A stretch of 64,000 nt of DNA from Mobula birostris (Eukaryota), in the NCBI RefSeq assembly GCF_030028105.1, contig NC_092388.1, forward strand, positions 46,940,581 through 47,004,580, written 5' to 3'. Below, one piece after another: positions 36,076 through 48,922 of the stretch (position 1 is the first letter of the stretch; every line of letters starts with the position of its first letter). The translations under genes and the position numbers were made by a program. The notes beneath the pieces are model-generated. The model made no database searches. It worked only from the letters and a program-made list of their open reading frames with translations, and was not told the DNA's origin.

Positions 36076-37352
36076 GTGAGCTTGTGACAGAAGGTACATT
36101 TGAACAGTTTTGTCTGACTTGCAGAAATATGGATTGAATTACCTTGAGTTTAGAGATTTGCATGTTATCACCTGCCATGGCTTCATATGTGCGCTGGTGA
36201 AAGAGTGCAGTGGAATAGAGGAAAATTAATTTTGCCATGCACATGGCTAGCCCTTCAACACATGTTCCATCTGTTCTTCCTTACGGTAATGTACCTTAAA
36301 TTATATTGTCTTTTCCCTGTCAAACAATCTGTTTAGTTTACTGTCCAAAGAATATCTTCCTTGTTTCACTGGTTCACCTCCCAATCCTGTGATCATTGCC
36401 ATTAAGAGAGATAAAGACACTCAGTGCATTGAAATGCCACAGACTACAAGTTAAACCCTGATTCCTTAAGGCAGGAGTCCTGATGAAGAATCTCAGCTTA
36501 AAACATTGACTGTTTATTCCTGTCCATAGATGCTGCCTAACTTGCTCAGTTCCTTCAGCATTTTGCATGTGTTCCTTCAGCATTGCTATGTTTAAACCCT
36601 TTAATTTTCTGTCCATGAAACTGTTGAAATGTCTTTACTATATGGCAGACATATGATGATTAGAGTTAGGTGACAAACACTGACCTTGGCAGCTCTGTCC
36701 ACATTCTATGAGTGAAATAAAGGTACGTCCAGTATAGGCATTTAACTTTTATCCATTTAGAATATATTACAGGTTTTTTGTTATTAGTGAGAAATTTCCA
36801 TTATATTAACAAAAATACAGATTATTGCTGTGGCTGCCACTTTTACTACATATGGAACAGCACAATGTTGTATCTGCCCAGTTTTCTAAGTACTGACCCT
36901 CTTAAATGAGCCTTTGTAATGGAACAATGTTAGATCAGTAATCGTAAACAGCTTGGTGAAGAGTTCACAGTTAAGCGGCGCCTTGCGTTTGGAAGAAGGA
37001 AGGTCACTCATAGCCTCAGTTTTAGAATTCTGTGAAAGTTTATTTTCTTGTTTTATTACCTGATCCATGATTTTTCCAGCATTCTCGTAGGAGTTACCAT
37101 GGAGGTGGCATGCTACAGAAAAAAAATATGGCTACGAAGGCAGGTCAGAGGCTGGGTGTCCTTGGGTGACTGACTCACAGTCTAACACACCAAAGCTTTG
37201 CTGCTACCTGAACATGTTTCAGTGTGGGGAGAAAATATCACATGAACAACTACATCGTCTATTGTAACTGTTCACTTATACACAGACTGGAATTGATCCC
37301 GGTGGTCCCTCTGCATTCATGTTCACCCGACCATGTTACACAAACCAGTCTT

Positions 37353-40300
37353 TTTTTCTTTTTCAATATTTTTATTAGTTTCATAAAGATATAAACATGA
37401 CATAGTAGTACAAAATTATTGGGAATACATGGTTATAATTAACATGAGTGATTATAAAGCCAAATAATATTTAAATGATAAAACTCCCAATTATATAGGA
37501 TACCAATGAATAATATAGAACAAAGAAAAATATCTAAACAAAAATAATGAAAAAGAAAAAAAATAATACCCCCCCCCCCCAATAAAACTAATCTAAACAG
37601 AATTAATCAACTAAACTAAAAAAAAGACCCAGGCTGTTTTAACATTGTAAGAAATGGGAGAAAAGAAAACCTTAGTGTCGACGACTCCGTTCCTCTCAAC
37701 CAACACTACAGAGAAGTAAAATAGTTTGGAAATGGTCAAATTACATCATATGAAAATACTGAATAAATGGCCTGCAAGTCTTTTCGAATTTAATGGAAGG
37801 GTCATAAACAACACTTCTAATTTTTTCCAAATTTAAGCACAACATAGTTTGTGAAAACCAATGAAATATGGTAGGAGGATTAATCTCTTTCCAATTCAGC
37901 AAAATGGATCTTCTAGCCATTAAAGTAAGAAATGCAATCATCTGACGAGCTGAAGAGGTTAAATGATTTGATTCTATCATTGGTAACCCAAAAATAGCAG
38001 TAATTGGGTGAGGTTGTAAGTCTATATTCAAAACTGTTGAAAAAATATCAAAAATATCTTTCCAATATTTTTTCAACAAAGGACATGACCAAAACGTGAG
38101 TTAAAGAAGCTATTTCGGAGTGACATCTATCACATGTAGGATTTATATAAGAGTAATAATGAGATAATTTATCTTTGGACATGTGAGCCCTGTGCACTAC
38201 TTTAAATTGTATCAACACATGTTTAGCATACATAGAGGATGAATTAACTAATTGAAGAATTTTTTCCCATTTTTCAATCGGTACGGTAATCTTAAGTTCC
38301 CTTTCCCAATCAGTTTTAATTTTATTAGATACATCAGGACATAAATTCGTAATTATATTATAAATAGTTGCTACAACACCTTTCTGAGAGAAATTTAAAT
38401 CTAAAATTTTTTCCAAAATATCCATTGGATATAAGTGTGGAGAATTAGGAGAAACCATAATTAAAAAGTTTCTAACCTGTAGATATCTAAAAAAGCGAGA
38501 TCTAGGTAAATTACATTTATTAGATAGTTGATCAAAGGACATAAAACAATTATCCAAAAATAAACCACAAAATCATACTATACCTTTGATTTTCCAATCT
38601 AAATAAGCTTGATCCATAATGGAAGGTTGAGAAAAGAAATTAGATATAATAGGACTTGCTAAAATAAATTGGTTCAACCCAAAAAATTTTCGAAATTGAA
38701 ACCATATACGTAAAGTATGCTTAACTATTGGATTATTCATTTGTTTATACAGTTTAGAAAGAATTATAAGAAGCAAAGTCCCTAAAACCGAACCCAAAGA
38801 AAAACCCTTGTAGTGAATTACATTCAAGATTTACCCAATGTGGACTTGAAATTGCATGCAACTCTTGTAACCAAAATTTTAAGTATCGAATATTAATTGC
38901 CCAATAATAAAATCTAAAATTCCGGAGCGCTAACTCCCCCCCCTCTTTTTTAGATTTCTGTAAATGCCTTTTACCTAGCCTAGGGTTTTTGTTCTGCCAT
39001 ATATATGAAGAAATTTTTGAGTCAACATTATCAAAAAAAGATTTTGGAATAAAAATTGGAACTGATTGAAATACATATGGAAATTTAGGCAAAATAATCA
39101 TCTTAATAGCATTGATCCGACCGATCAAAGACAAAGACATTGGTGACCATTTAGTAAACAAAAGTTTAATCTGATCAATTAAAGGTAAAATTAGCTTTAA
39201 ATAAATCGTTATACTTTTTCGTAATTATAATCCCTAAATATGTAAAAGAGTCAGTAACCAATTTAAATGGTAAACATCCATAAATAGGAACCTGCTTATT
39301 TAGGGGAAATAATTCTCTCTTATTAAGGTTTAATTTGTAACCAGAAAAATTACTAAATTGAGCCAACAAAGCTAAAATAACAGGAATTGACTTCTCTGGA
39401 TTAGAGATATATAATAACAAATTATTTGCATATAGTGATAATTTATGTGTTTCGCTTCCACGGGTAATACCAAAAATGTTGGGCGAGGCACGGATAGCAA
39501 TTGCTAAATGTTCAAGGGCAATATTAAATAATAAAGGACTAAGAGGGCATCCTTGCCTAGTACCGCGAGATAGACGAAAAAAGGGAGATCTTTGATTATT
39601 AGTACAAACCGAAGCTACAGGGGTATGATGTAACAATTTAACCCAGGATATAAATATCAGACTAAAATTAAATTTCTCGAACACACTAAATAAATAAGGC
39701 CGTTCAACTCTATCAAAGGCTTTCTCAGCATCTAATAAAATAATACATTCTGGAGTGTTAAATGAGGGGGTATAAACAATATTCCATTAGCCTCCTAATA
39801 TTAAAAGATGAGTAACGGTTTTTAATAAATCCTGTTTGGTCCACAGATAAAATTTGAGGTAATGCCTTCTCTAACCTAGTTGCTAAAATTTTAGAAAAAA
39901 TTTTTGAATCTACATTCAAAAGAGATATCGGTCTATATGATGCACAATCAGTAGAATCTTTATTCTTTTTAAGAATCAAGGAAATAGAAGCTTCCTAAAA
40001 CAATTGTGGTAATTTACCTAAACTGATTGCTTCTTTGAATATTCTAGACGACCAAGGAGAGAGAATAGAGGAAAAGGATTTTAAAAATTCCACTGTAAAA
40101 CCATCCGGACCAGGTGCTTTACCAGAATTCATTGATGAGATTACAGCTGTTATTTCTTCCTTTGTAATAGGAGTTTCTAATGATAAGCAGTCTTTGGGTG
40201 ATAGCTTCGGAAAATTCAATTTTCTGAAAAAATCATGCATGATGTTAAAATCATGAGGAAAGTCAGAATGGTATAAAGAGGTATAAAATTCTTGAAAGGT

Positions 40301-41804
40301 TTTGTTTATCTCATCATGCTCAACTGTCAAAGTATCATCGTGTTTACGAATCTTAGTAATTTGATGTTTAACCGAAGTAAATTTCAATTGATTAGCTAAT
40401 AATTTACCCGATTTATCACTATGAATATAAAACTTACTTTGTTCTCATTAATTGATTTTTGATTGAGGTTGTTAATAGTAAACTATGTTCCATTTGAAGT
40501 TCAACTCTGTTTATAAAGCTCCTTACTAGGAGCAATAGCGTATTTTTTTTAATCAATTTCCTTAATTTTATTAACCAACAAGAGTATTTCATTCTTAGTA
40601 CATTTTTTCAAACCAACCGAATAGGAAATAATCTGACCACAGATTTAAGCTTTAAAAGCATCCCATACTGTTTCGTTGGAAACTTCTTCCGTAATGTTAG
40701 TTGAAAAGAAGAAATCAATCTGTCCCTTCATAAACTTAACAAAGTCCAAGTCTTGAAGCAAAATAGGGTTAAATCGCCATTGTCTATTAGTAGAAGAAGT
40801 ATCCATTAACTTAATAGAAAGTTTCATTGAAGCATGATCCGAAATGGCGATAATGTCATAATTACAATCAATTACAGTTGGGATTAATTGAGAGTCAATA
40901 AAAAAAAAGTCAATTTGAGAATAAGAATGATAAACATGTGAAAAGAATGAGAATTCTTTGTCCTTTGGGTGTAGAAATCTCCAAATTTCTGAAATCCCAG
41001 AGTCAATCATAAAAGAGTTGATAAGAATAGCCGACTTATTCGGTAGAGCTGGACTACCTATGGATCTGTCCAACATGGGATTTAAACATAAATTAAGGTC
41101 ACCGCTCATTATCAACATATACTCGTTTAAGTTAGGAAAGGAAGTGAATAGGTGCTTAAAAAATTCAGGATTATCCACATTCGGAGCATAAACATTAACC
41201 ATAGCAACCTTTTTGTTAAAAAGTAACCCAGTAATTAACAAGAATCTACCATTAGGATCTGAAATAATGTCTTGATGAGTAAATGTAATTGAAGGATCTA
41301 GAAAAATTGAAACGCCTTTGACTTTGGCTTGGGAGTTCGAGTGATATTGTTGTTTTTTCCAGAAATTAAAGAAGCGTTGATTATCCTCTTTCTTTACATG
41401 AGTTTCTTGTGCAAAAATAATGTGAGCATTCAGTCTTTGGAATACTTTGAAAATCTTTTTCCATTTTATTGGATGGTTTAGACCATTTGTATTCCAAGAG
41501 ACAAAAATAATAATGTGAGCCATAATTTAATGTTAACCCTTTGGTGTGTAAGGGGTTAACCATAATGTAAACTCATGAGATCGGAAGAGGAATACATGAT
41601 CAGAGAGGAAATCCCGACACTGCAGACATCTTTATAGTACTAAATCAGCCCAATAGAAAAAATTAATAAAGAAAAAAGAAACTCCCCCACCCTCCACCCC
41701 TAAGAAGCCCGAACTAAGCCAGAGAAGGCTGAAGAAAGAACTAACTAACATTAAGTCTAACCCCATTTCTGCAGGAGGCAACTCCAAAAATATATGTTAT
41801 AAAT
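37353..41804 (-). mobile_element. L1-clade LINE, 5'-truncated (inter-ORF region, frameshifted ORF2, 3'UTR), in tdp2 intron 6
   Basis: EN motifs (SWNTNGL, AQETH, VYAPN, SDH) and RT motifs (KAPGPDGF, YRPISLLNVD, GTRQGCPLSPLLF, LYANN). A-rich tail and a perfect 17-bp TSD TTACACAAACCAGTCTT (37336-37352, 41805-41821). Confidence 0.95.
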
Positions 41805-42361
41805 TTACACAAACCAGTCTTGCTGGCTTGTGCAAAAACAAGCAGGCCTTGGACAATGTATTGATAAGGCTCTGACAGGCTTTAATAGAAGGCAAAGCTA
41901 TATACATACTTCTAAGCTTCTATCAAAAATATTTTCATTGTTACATGCAACCATGATTACAATACTTTTCTCAAGATTCTTTGATTTTATGGAACTAAGG
42001 AAAAGATCTGTAAAGATTCTTCTGAAATGTTTTCGGCACATCCTTAATATTTACCTTAGCATGTTCCATAGATTCTTATTATCTTATTAGTTAGTTTCTT
42101 ACTTAATTTGCCATTTGTGACAGCATATTATTAATTTTGGACTGGAAGTATTTTGTAGTTGAACATTTTCGGTGTGGAGCAGATAAGGGGAACTGCCTTG
42201 TGTTATGTCCCTTCCTGCTGGAAGTCTTTCACCTGGTATTAGGTATTGATAGATTGATGTAAGATAATAAACTTGGGGTGGTGGGATATGATCTAGGAAC
42301 CTGATGTAGACATACAGTAAGTTGAGTGTGACTTGTCTTCTGTGTTTTTTTTCTTATGCAG

Positions 42362-42640
42362 GTGAAAAAATTAGGAGGATTGCCAGCTAATATCTCAGAT
42401 GTCTGGGAATTCTTAAACAAACCCGAACACTGCCGATACACCTGGGATACTACGGCTAATAATAATTTGAAGGCGTTTTATGCTTGTAGGCTCCGCTTTG
42501 ACCGTGTGTTTTACAGGGCTTCTAGCGAAGGTCAAATTGTCCCAAAGGAAATGTCCCTCGTGGGTCAAGACAAATTGGAATGTGGACGGTTTTGTAGTGA
42601 TCACTGGGGACTCCTTTGTGACTTTGATATCATTCTGTGA
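42362..42640 (+). CDS. tdp2: tdp2 exon 7 (terminal coding exon)
   Basis: atgcag|GTG, DVWEFL...YTWDT..RLRFDRVF...GRFCSDHWGLLCDFDIIL*. The seven exons total 1125 nt (374 aa plus stop). Confidence 0.96.
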   Translation: MKKLGGLPANISDVWEFLNKPEHCRYTWDTTANNNLKAFYACRLRFDRVFYRASSEGQIVPKEMSLVGQDKLECGRFCSDHWGLLCDFDIIL

Positions 42641-43285
42641 GACCAACTGAGCTGTTTACATCATACAGCAATTATGTCTCAAAAGTTAAGTTTTATGATT
42701 TCTGTAATTAACATTTTCAAAGTTCTTTTTGAATTAAAGATGTGTCCCATTAACTACATCGTATTTAAGCTTACAATGCCACTTAAACCCTTGAGTTTGT
42801 AGTCATCCTTCTGCAGAACTAGAGGAATGCTTGCTGAGGAAAATTGTATTGAACACATTACCGGTATAAGGGGTATTGGGCTAAATTACATATTGAAGCA
42901 GAGCTTGTAACTGCTTGGAAGAACTTAATTCTAAAGCCAACAGCTTGCAGCGATAATATCTTCCATTCCTTAGCTCATTTCTTTTTATGAAGAGCAGAGA
43001 GCATTCGCTGCAGTTCGTTTATAAAATAACTTTTCTAGAATGACTGCTAATTGACTACCTCACTGTCAGTGTAGTTGTATTGGAGGCCTTTGAAATGATT
43101 TTACTTGTAATTGTTCTCCATTTGTGCAAAAATACCTTTGGTTTAATTCTTCCATAGGATATCACCTTAATTTTAGAAGTTTATGGAAAAGGGGAAGCCT
43201 CTTTTGTCTCATCTTTCTGCATAATTGGAAATCTTACTTTACTTTTAGGTGCATATCTGATTTATCTGGAGATTTTAATGTTGCA

Positions 43286-43319
43286 AATAAAGATAATATT
43301 TAACCTCCTGCAAAATAAA
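43286..43319 (+). terminator. Candidate tdp2 polyadenylation signals
   Basis: Two AATAAA hexamers (43286-43291, 43314-43319) about 650 nt after the stop, at the end of unique AT-rich sequence. Confidence 0.45.
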
Positions 43320-44307
43320 CTATGGAAAAATATCCCATGTTGGTGGTAGTGCTGTCAGAGACTTCCCCAAGCTGGCCTGGTTGAAGTCCCCTGCAACGAT
43401 TGGGAAGACATCAGGGTGCACACACATTTAAAAGCCATCTAAACATTTAAAAGCTATCCAGATTAGTACATGGCTTGGAGAGGTTTAGAGGGATATTGGC
43501 CGAACATGAGCAGATGGGACTAGGTCACTTAGCAACAGAATCAGCATGAATGATTTGAGCTTTGCCTATTAGACCTGTATCCATGCTGTGTGCCTCCATG
43601 GTGTCTTTTCAGTTAGCATCATAGAGTAGCAGGTCAGGCTCCCTGAGATGCCAACTAAGTAGGATAAAGTAAGATGGGAGTGGCCCTGGTACTCTCCAAT
43701 ATTGCTTCAAAGCCTTGTGAATACCTTAAGAAATCAACTGGAAAAATATGGATTAGAGAACTGATTACCACTAGCACCTTCAGCTGATGAGTCAGTCCCT
43801 GGTGAAGGCTTAAATGTACATTTCTAAGAGTGGCTTGGTAGCACCGTTAGTGATCAATATGGTACGAGTCCTGAAGGTCATAGCCATCTGGTTGAACTCA
43901 CACTGGTAGTGAGACTGGAAGGTATGGAATACCCCACTATTTGAAAATCAAAAAAGCTTTGTCAATATCACCTCTCAAATGCATGACTTCTACTGCTTAG
44001 AAGGACAAGATTAGTGAAAGTGAGGATTAATTGCCATTATCTGCGTGTTCTCTTGTAGATACAAGAGCTAAACCGGCAATGATATGCCAAGAATTTTGTC
44101 CCTCTGCGTACACATAGAGTTTACTTTGGGTTATGAACAACACTGTACTTGGGTTTGGCTCTAATTTAATTCTCGTGTCATTCCATCTGATCTGGCAGTC
44201 AATTCCATTCAACAGTCTTGTGCAAATAAATGTTCCAAGACCTAGACAAAGTAACGACACGCTTATGATGGACATAAGCAATGTTTATGAAGTAACATTC
44301 TCTACAC

Positions 44308-45056
44308 CAGGGGTCCCCAACCTTTTTTGCACCGCAGACCAGTTTAATATTGACAATATTCTTGCCGACTGGCGGTGGGGGGGGAGGGGTGGGGAGGGGG
44401 TGTTCAAGTAGGGTTAAACTCACCTTGACATGTCTTTTACAGTTAGGGTTGCCAACGTTCTCACTCCCAAATAAGGAACAAAAATAGCAGTCAAATCCTG
44501 GGACACTTTCACCCAGGAAAGACTACCATGACCATGAAGCCTTGCATGGGCACCTGTGTGCGCACGCGCGTATGTGCCGATTTTTTTTCCCCACAAATTC
44601 GGTTTTGCCTTCATCTTCCGGACTATACTGTACAGTACATACATTATTTCTACTTTATATAGGCTGTGTATTTATCATATCATTCCTGCTTTTACTATAT
44701 GTTAGTGTTATTTATTTTCAGTTTTATGTGTTATTTGGTATGATTTGCTAGGTTATTTTTTGGGTCTGGGAACGCTCAAAAAATTTTCCCATATAAATTA
44801 ATGGTAATTGCTTCTTCGCTTCACGCCATTTCGGCACGAAAGGTTTCATAGGAATGCTCTACCTTAGCGGGGGAAGTACGGGACAAACCAATTTAGCCCA
44901 AAATACAGGATGTCCCGGCAAATACAGGACAGTTGGCAACCCTATGTTCAAGTTCAACAGTGCGTGACAGGGAATGAGGAAAGGTGCAGCTGACTCATAT
45001 GGTTTCCTCACGGCTCGGTAGCACATGCTTTGCTACCGAGTGGTTGGGGACCGCTG
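44308..45056. mobile_element. Charlie-like hAT MITE containing a nested hAT MITE (44409-44944)
   Basis: Outer TIRs CAGGGGTCCCCAACC / GGTTGGGGACCGCTG with perfect TSD CTCTACAC. Inner ends TAGGGTT / GTTGGCAACCCTA with perfect TSD TGTTCAAG (44401-44408, 44945-44952). Confidence 0.88.
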
Positions 45057-45239
45057 CTCTACACAGAAGCACTAAGCTGTGACTATTTCCAACAGGTAGC
45101 CAGTCCATTCCATAACCAGGCAGATGCAACCTGCAAGTTAAACTTTATGAAATTCTGCGTGAGGTCCCCGGCACCTCTGATTTTTTGGATTTTTTTTGAC
45201 GTGCATGCATCTGTGCGTGTGCGATGTTGGTGGGACGAT

Positions 45240-45487
45240 GTCTTTTTCATGCCTTTAGAAGGCGTGGAGTGAGAGAGAGAGAGAGAGAGAGACTGTGGCG
45301 TGCCACTCCTCACACAGACGTCTATTTCGCAATATTTTTCCCTTTATTTTACGAGGTCGAGTTCTGATCTCGACACTCAACCCGGCACGGATGGAAAGCA
45401 TACTCGGGAGTGGCCCTGACTGGATTCGAACCTGGGAACCTCCATTCCAGAGTCCAGCGCTGATGTCATTGCGCCACCAGCCAGCCC
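45240..45487 (-). mobile_element. tRNA-derived SINE
   Basis: Minus-strand A-box TGGCGCAATGA and B-box GGTTCGAATCC, followed by a non-tRNA body shared with 48335-48538. Confidence 0.7.
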
Positions 45488-45504
45488 GATTTTTTGAATT
45501 TTTT

Positions 45505-46335
45505 CCCTTTTTAGAAAATAGTATACACCTTTATTCTTTCTGCCAAAATGCATGACCATGCACTTCCCTACACTATATTTCATTTGCCACTTCTTTGCCC
45601 ATTCCTGCAGTCTGTCTAAGACTTGTCCTTCTGCAGACACTACCTGCCCCTCCAATTATCTTCGTAGCATACACAAACATGACCACAAAGCCATCAATTC
45701 CTTTATGCAAATAATTGACATACAACGTCCTCTCACCGACTCCTGCAGTACACCACTAGTCACCAGCATCCAGCCCGAAAAGACCCCCTTTATTCCTACT
45801 CTGCTTCCTGCCAGTCAGCCACTCTTCTGTCCCTGCTAGTACCTTTCCTATAATACCATGGATCTTATTAAGCAGACTTGTGTGTGGACCTTGTCAAAGG
45901 CCTTCTGAAAATCCAAATAAACAACATCCACTGAGTCTCCTTTCTCTATCCTGTCAGTTATTTCCTCAAAGAATTCCTTCTTGAAGAGTGGAGTGAGGTT
46001 GCAATTTTCAAGTCCTCTGGAACCATTCCAGAATCTAGTTATTGAAAGATCTTTACTAATGCCTCCCTAATCTCTTAGGCTATCTCTTTCAGACCCTGGG
46101 GTGTAGTCCATCTGGCTGAGGTGACTTATTTACCTTCAGAGTTTTCAGCTGGTCCAAGTACCTTCTCCTTAGAAATAGCAATGATACTCACTTCTGCTCT
46201 CTGACACTCTCATTTCTGACATTCTGCTACTGTTTTTCAGAGTAAAGACTGACACAAAGTGCTCATTAAGTTCGTCTGTCATTTCTTTATACCCCATTGC
46301 TACCTCTCCAGTGTCATTTACAGCGGTCTGATATC
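45505..46335 (-). mobile_element. CR1 RT fragments
   Basis: LDRLQEWAKKWQMKYSVGKCMVMHFGRKN and DFQKAFDKV remnants. Confidence 0.8.
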
Positions 46336-46344
46336 CAAGACTCA

Positions 46345-46560
46345 CAACATGCTGGAGGAACTCAGCAGGTTGGGCAGCATCCGTGGAAACGATGAGTGGA
46401 TGTTTCAGGCTGGAACCCTTTGTCAGGACTGAAGAGGGAAGGGGCAGAGGCCCTATAAAGAAGGTGGGGGAGGGTTGGAAGGAGAAGGCTGGTAGGTTCA
46501 GTTGAAAAACCAGTAATTTGAAAGACAAAGGGGTGGGGGAGCGGGAGGTGATAGGTTATC
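46345..46560 (-). mobile_element. Penelope-like terminal repeat fragment
   Basis: atgctggaggaactcagcagg...gtttcaggctggaacccttTGTCAGgactg (degenerate hammerhead core on -). Confidence 0.7.
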
Positions 46561-46934
46561 GATGCCACTGCTGTGCTGCCCTCTAATAAAGGGACATATT
46601 GAACCAGAGACCTTCCATGTGGCAGATGAACATGATGACCACTACATCAATGTTGTATATGGCCTGGATGAAGACAAATAGGTGGATAGTGTAGAAGACC
46701 GGCAAAGGACACAGTGGGATATTGATCATTTGCAGAGGTGAGCAACAAATGGCAGATGGAACTTAACCCAACCAAATGTGAAGAGTTGCTCCTTGGGAGA
46801 TCAAAGGTAAAGAGTCAGCATACTGTTAATGGCAAGACCATTAACAGTGCTGATCTGCAGAGGGATCAGAGAGCCCAGACCTTCCTGAAAGTGGCTACGC
46901 AGGTTGATGGGAAGGTAAATAAGACGTGGCATGC

Positions 46935-48120
46935 AAAACACACGCGCACACACACAATGCTGGAGAAATTCAGCAGTCCAGGCAGTGTCTATGGAAAAGA
47001 ATACAGTCGACATTTTGGGCCGAGACCTTTTATCAGGATTGGAGGAAAAAAAGATGAGGAGTCAGAGTAAGAAGGTCGGGAGAGGGGAGGAAGAAACACA
47101 AGGTGATAAGTGAAGCTGGGAGGAGGGAGGGGTGAAGTAAAGAGCTGGGAAGTTGATTGGTGAAAGAGATAACAGGCTGGAGAAGGGGGAATCTGAGAGG
47201 AGAGGACAGAAGGCCATGAAAGAAAGAAAAGGGTGAGGAGAACCAGAGGAAGGTGATGGGCAGGTAAGGAGAGAATGTGTGAGAGGGAAACAAGAATGGG
47301 GAATAGTGAAGGGTGGGAGCAGGGCATTACTGGAAGCTCGAGAAATCGATGTTCATGCCATCAGTTTGGAGGCTATCCAGACAGAATATAAGGTCTTGCT
47401 CCTCCTGTTAGAATAAGTTTTTTGGGATAGATGATTTGTTTTCACTTAAATGACTTTGGCCACCAGACTTCTATTTGACTATTTGACAAAGTACTGTGGA
47501 TTGAGTCCACAACAATGTGCTTCCTAAAAAGGTGTGAATACCAGATGCTTCTGGCGCTGTAGTTTGACCTGATGCTGTAGCTTCGGAGACAGTATTATCT
47601 ATACATCATAAATATTAATTGTCTTCTATGTTAGCACGTAAAATGCCAAATAAATTTATTGTGGATTTAACTTGCATTCCTAAAGGCTGTGGGTACCAAG
47701 CCAGACATGTTGGCGTCGGAAGGAAAGGATGAAGTCAGAAGGTGTGATGTTTGTATGTAGCTTCAAAAGGAAGCATTGTCTATGCATTGTCTGTAACTTT
47801 TTAAGAAGCAATTGCCTTTGTGTTTAGCATATAAATATCGAGCCCACATTGGGCTAGCAGACCTTTCTACTGAAAGCATCTCCGTCCATATGATGCCTGC
47901 TGTACCTTGTGTTGTCGAATAAAGAAGCTGCTTTGTATCTACCAGTGACTCTGTTTCTCCGGTGATTTCATCCATGCTACAACACCTTCCACCTAAGTGT
48001 GGCCTCATTGCGATAGAAGAGGAGGCCATGGATTCACATGTTGGAATAGGAATGGGAAGTGGAATTAAAATTTTTCCCTCTCTCACCTTATCTTCTTACC
48101 TGCCCATCACTTCCCTCTAG
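46935..48120 (-). mobile_element. Penelope-like 3' fragment with a short inverted segment, split by a solo LTR
   Basis: Homologous to 29845-30345 and resumes at 47985. The segment at about 48071-48120 is the same family in the opposite orientation. Confidence 0.75.
47406..47984 (+). mobile_element. Solo LTR (579 bp)
   Basis: TGTTAG...ACAACA, imperfect 5-bp TSD CCTCC/CCTTC and AATAAA at about 47918. It cleanly interrupts the Penelope-like repeat. Confidence 0.75.
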
Positions 48121-48334
48121 GCATTTGATTCCTAATTAGATTGAAACAACACTGTGGGCTGAAGGACCTTGTTCTATGTTGTACTGTTCTATGTTCGATG
48201 AATTGTATTGAAAACTCCTCATCAAATGGAACATTCAATGTTTGCTTGCAGAATGTCTTTGAAAACATACTAAATCCGATTGCTGACTGCCAGGTAACAT
48301 ATACAACACAGTATTGCAGGGTTATTCACACAAC

Positions 48335-48538
48335 GTTAGACGATGCTGTGGTGGCATCCTCACCAGACTTTGAGTCAAGTGGTCCGGGTTCGAATCCGGC
48401 CGGCTCCTTGCACCCTTTCCATCCACGTTTGGTTGAGCATCTAGCTAGCAACTCAGCCTCGTTTAAAAAAAAGCCAAATCCTAAAGAAACAGCAAGGTTG
48501 TTGCCTGCTGTGCCACAAGGCACGGAGAGGAACAACAA
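48335..48538 (+). mobile_element. tRNA-derived SINE
   Basis: B-box GGTTCGAATCC, body ctttccatcc..ggttgag..gcaactc, and an (AAC)n tail. Confidence 0.65.
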
Positions 48539-48922
48539 TTCACATGGCATAATTGACAGGCTGTGACCATCTCCAACAGCAGTATCTCCACCGCTATCCT
48601 TCTGACGTTGAACAGCAATATCATTGCTAACGCTGTGCTGTCAATGGTCTAACACCTACCAGGAAATGAACTCCACTAGCTACCCCAGTATGATGGCTAA
48701 AAGAGTGCGTATCTGGGGTGCCTGAATCACTGGTGAAGTGCTATAGTTTTGCCACTATCTACAATTGCCATTTCATCAGACATATCAATCAACATATTCA
48801 ATCAACCTCCCATGCTATTCCATCAAGCTGGCATGCAATTTCATCAATAAGGTTGGTTATTCTATTGGACCAGAATGTCATTTTATCAAGCTGCTGAGCT
48901 GTTCCATTAGGTGGCTATTACA

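Noticed and set aside
40645-41523. EEP-family ORF as a second TDP2-like or host nuclease gene
   Set aside because: It is the L1 ORF2 endonuclease: contiguous with RT, antisense, and inside the TSD-bounded element.
45395-45487. tRNA gene (GGTTCGAATCC), also at about 48387
   Set aside because: No complete cloverleaf or T-run terminator. Both continue into a shared SINE body.
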